Shown one piece after another: positions 63,251 to 64,000 of a DNA stretch of 64,000 nt. The position numbers were made by a program, and so were the translations under genes. The DNA lies in the NCBI GenBank assembly GCA_038845975.1, contig JAWBQF010000003.1, forward strand, positions 80,872-144,871. The letters are read 5' to 3'. The notes below the pieces were generated by a model, which had not been told where the DNA came from, searched no databases, and saw only the letters and a program-made list of their open reading frames with translations. How positions within the stretch are numbered: the stretch's first letter is position 1; each line of letters starts with the position of its first letter. The DNA comes from Candidatus Methanomethylicia archaeon. Lineage in GTDB: Archaea; Thermoproteota; Methanomethylicia; CALHIW01.

Positions 63251-64000
63251 ATGGTTCTCATGAGTAAGGATGAATATATCGAGAGTTTAAAGAAGCTTAA
63301 GCCAAATATTTATAAGTATGGTAAACTTATTGAGGATGTTACTACTTATCCTGAGACCAAGTATACTGTTTATGGTGTTGCTGAGCTTTATAGAATGGCT
63401 TACGATTCTAAGTATTGTGAATTAATAACTACAAAATCAAATATTACTGGTGAAATAGTTAATAGGTATACTAGTATTATGGAGAGTGTTGAGGATGCTA
63501 TAATTAACTTAAAGCTTAAACGTTTAGCCTTCCAGAGAACTGGTACATGTACTGGTGGTAGATGTGTTGGCTGGAGCTGTATGAACTCTATGTGGGCGAC
63601 AACATATGAAATTGATAAAGAGTATGGTACTGACTATCATTCAAGACTGAGAAGCTGGATTAAATATGTTCAGGAGGAGGATTTAGCTATTGCAGGTGCA
63701 TTAACAGATCCTAAAGGTATTCGTGGATTATCCCCATCCCAGCAGCAGGATCCAGACATGTATCTCAGAGTTGTGGAGAGAAGAAGTGATGGCATTATTG
63801 TTAATGGAGCTAAGATAATGATTGCAGGTGTTGCTTCATGTCATGAAGTATTTGTTATGCCTACAGTAGGTTTAAGAGAGTCTGAGGGGGATTATGCTTT
63901 GGCATTTGCTGTTCCAAGGGATGCTGATGGATTAACAATTGTTGAAGCTAGACAGCCTAACGATTCTAGGAAGAGTGAGAATGGATTTGATAAGGCTGTA
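63251..64000 (+). CDS. 4-hydroxybutyryl-CoA dehydratase / 4-HPA hydroxylase family, 5' part (runs off window)
   Basis: Read manually: MVLMSKDEYIESLKKL...RTGTCTGGRCVG...GALTDPKG...DPDMYLRVVE..DGIIVNGAK. Confidence 0.9.
   Translation, partial: MVLMSKDEYIESLKKLKPNIYKYGKLIEDVTTYPETKYTVYGVAELYRMAYDSKYCELITTKSNITGEIVNRYTSIMESVEDAIINLKLKRLAFQRTGTCTGGRCVGWSCMNSMWATTYEIDKEYGTDYHSRLRSWIKYVQEEDLAIAGALTDPKGIRGLSPSQQQDPDMYLRVVERRSDGIIVNGAKIMIAGVASCHEVFVMPTVGLRESEGDYALAFAVPRDADGLTIVEARQPNDSRKSENGFDKAV

Noticed and set aside
1-64000. CRISPR array
   Set aside because: No regularly spaced 24-40 bp repeats seen; recurring sequences are IS ends

Overview
AT-rich archaeal chromosomal window. TATA/BRE promoters, GGTGA-type RBS, Nep1, a CdvA-like gene, a non-Pyl MttB and archaeal SufCB/SmsCB suggest a TACK/Thermoproteota lineage (inference). 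About 50 apparently intact CDS cover only ~62% of the window (my sum of ORF lengths). The remainder is decayed IS6, IS5(IS903-group), IS982 and IS200/IS605 elements, MITEs and pseudogenes (trpE, an ATPase, galE/GT2, vapBC). One tRNA-Arg(UCG); no CRISPR array or rRNA seen. Main findings: (1) a 161-nt intergenic element at 18501-18661 behind a TATA box that folds as a GNRA-capped rod or a four-way junction with G-U-only helix mismatches, i.e. a candidate novel ncRNA, plus three weaker long hairpins; (2) a dispersed candidate membrane-stress/remodelling system (SPFH-zinc-ribbon cluster with an arrestin-fold gene, two YdjG-like zinc-ribbon membrane proteins, a CdvA-like coiled coil); (3) a 1044-aa surface C13/caspase-clan protease with a Ca-motif insertion and CARDB repeats; (4) a trp operon that has lost trpE/G and carries a Trp-containing micro-uORF.
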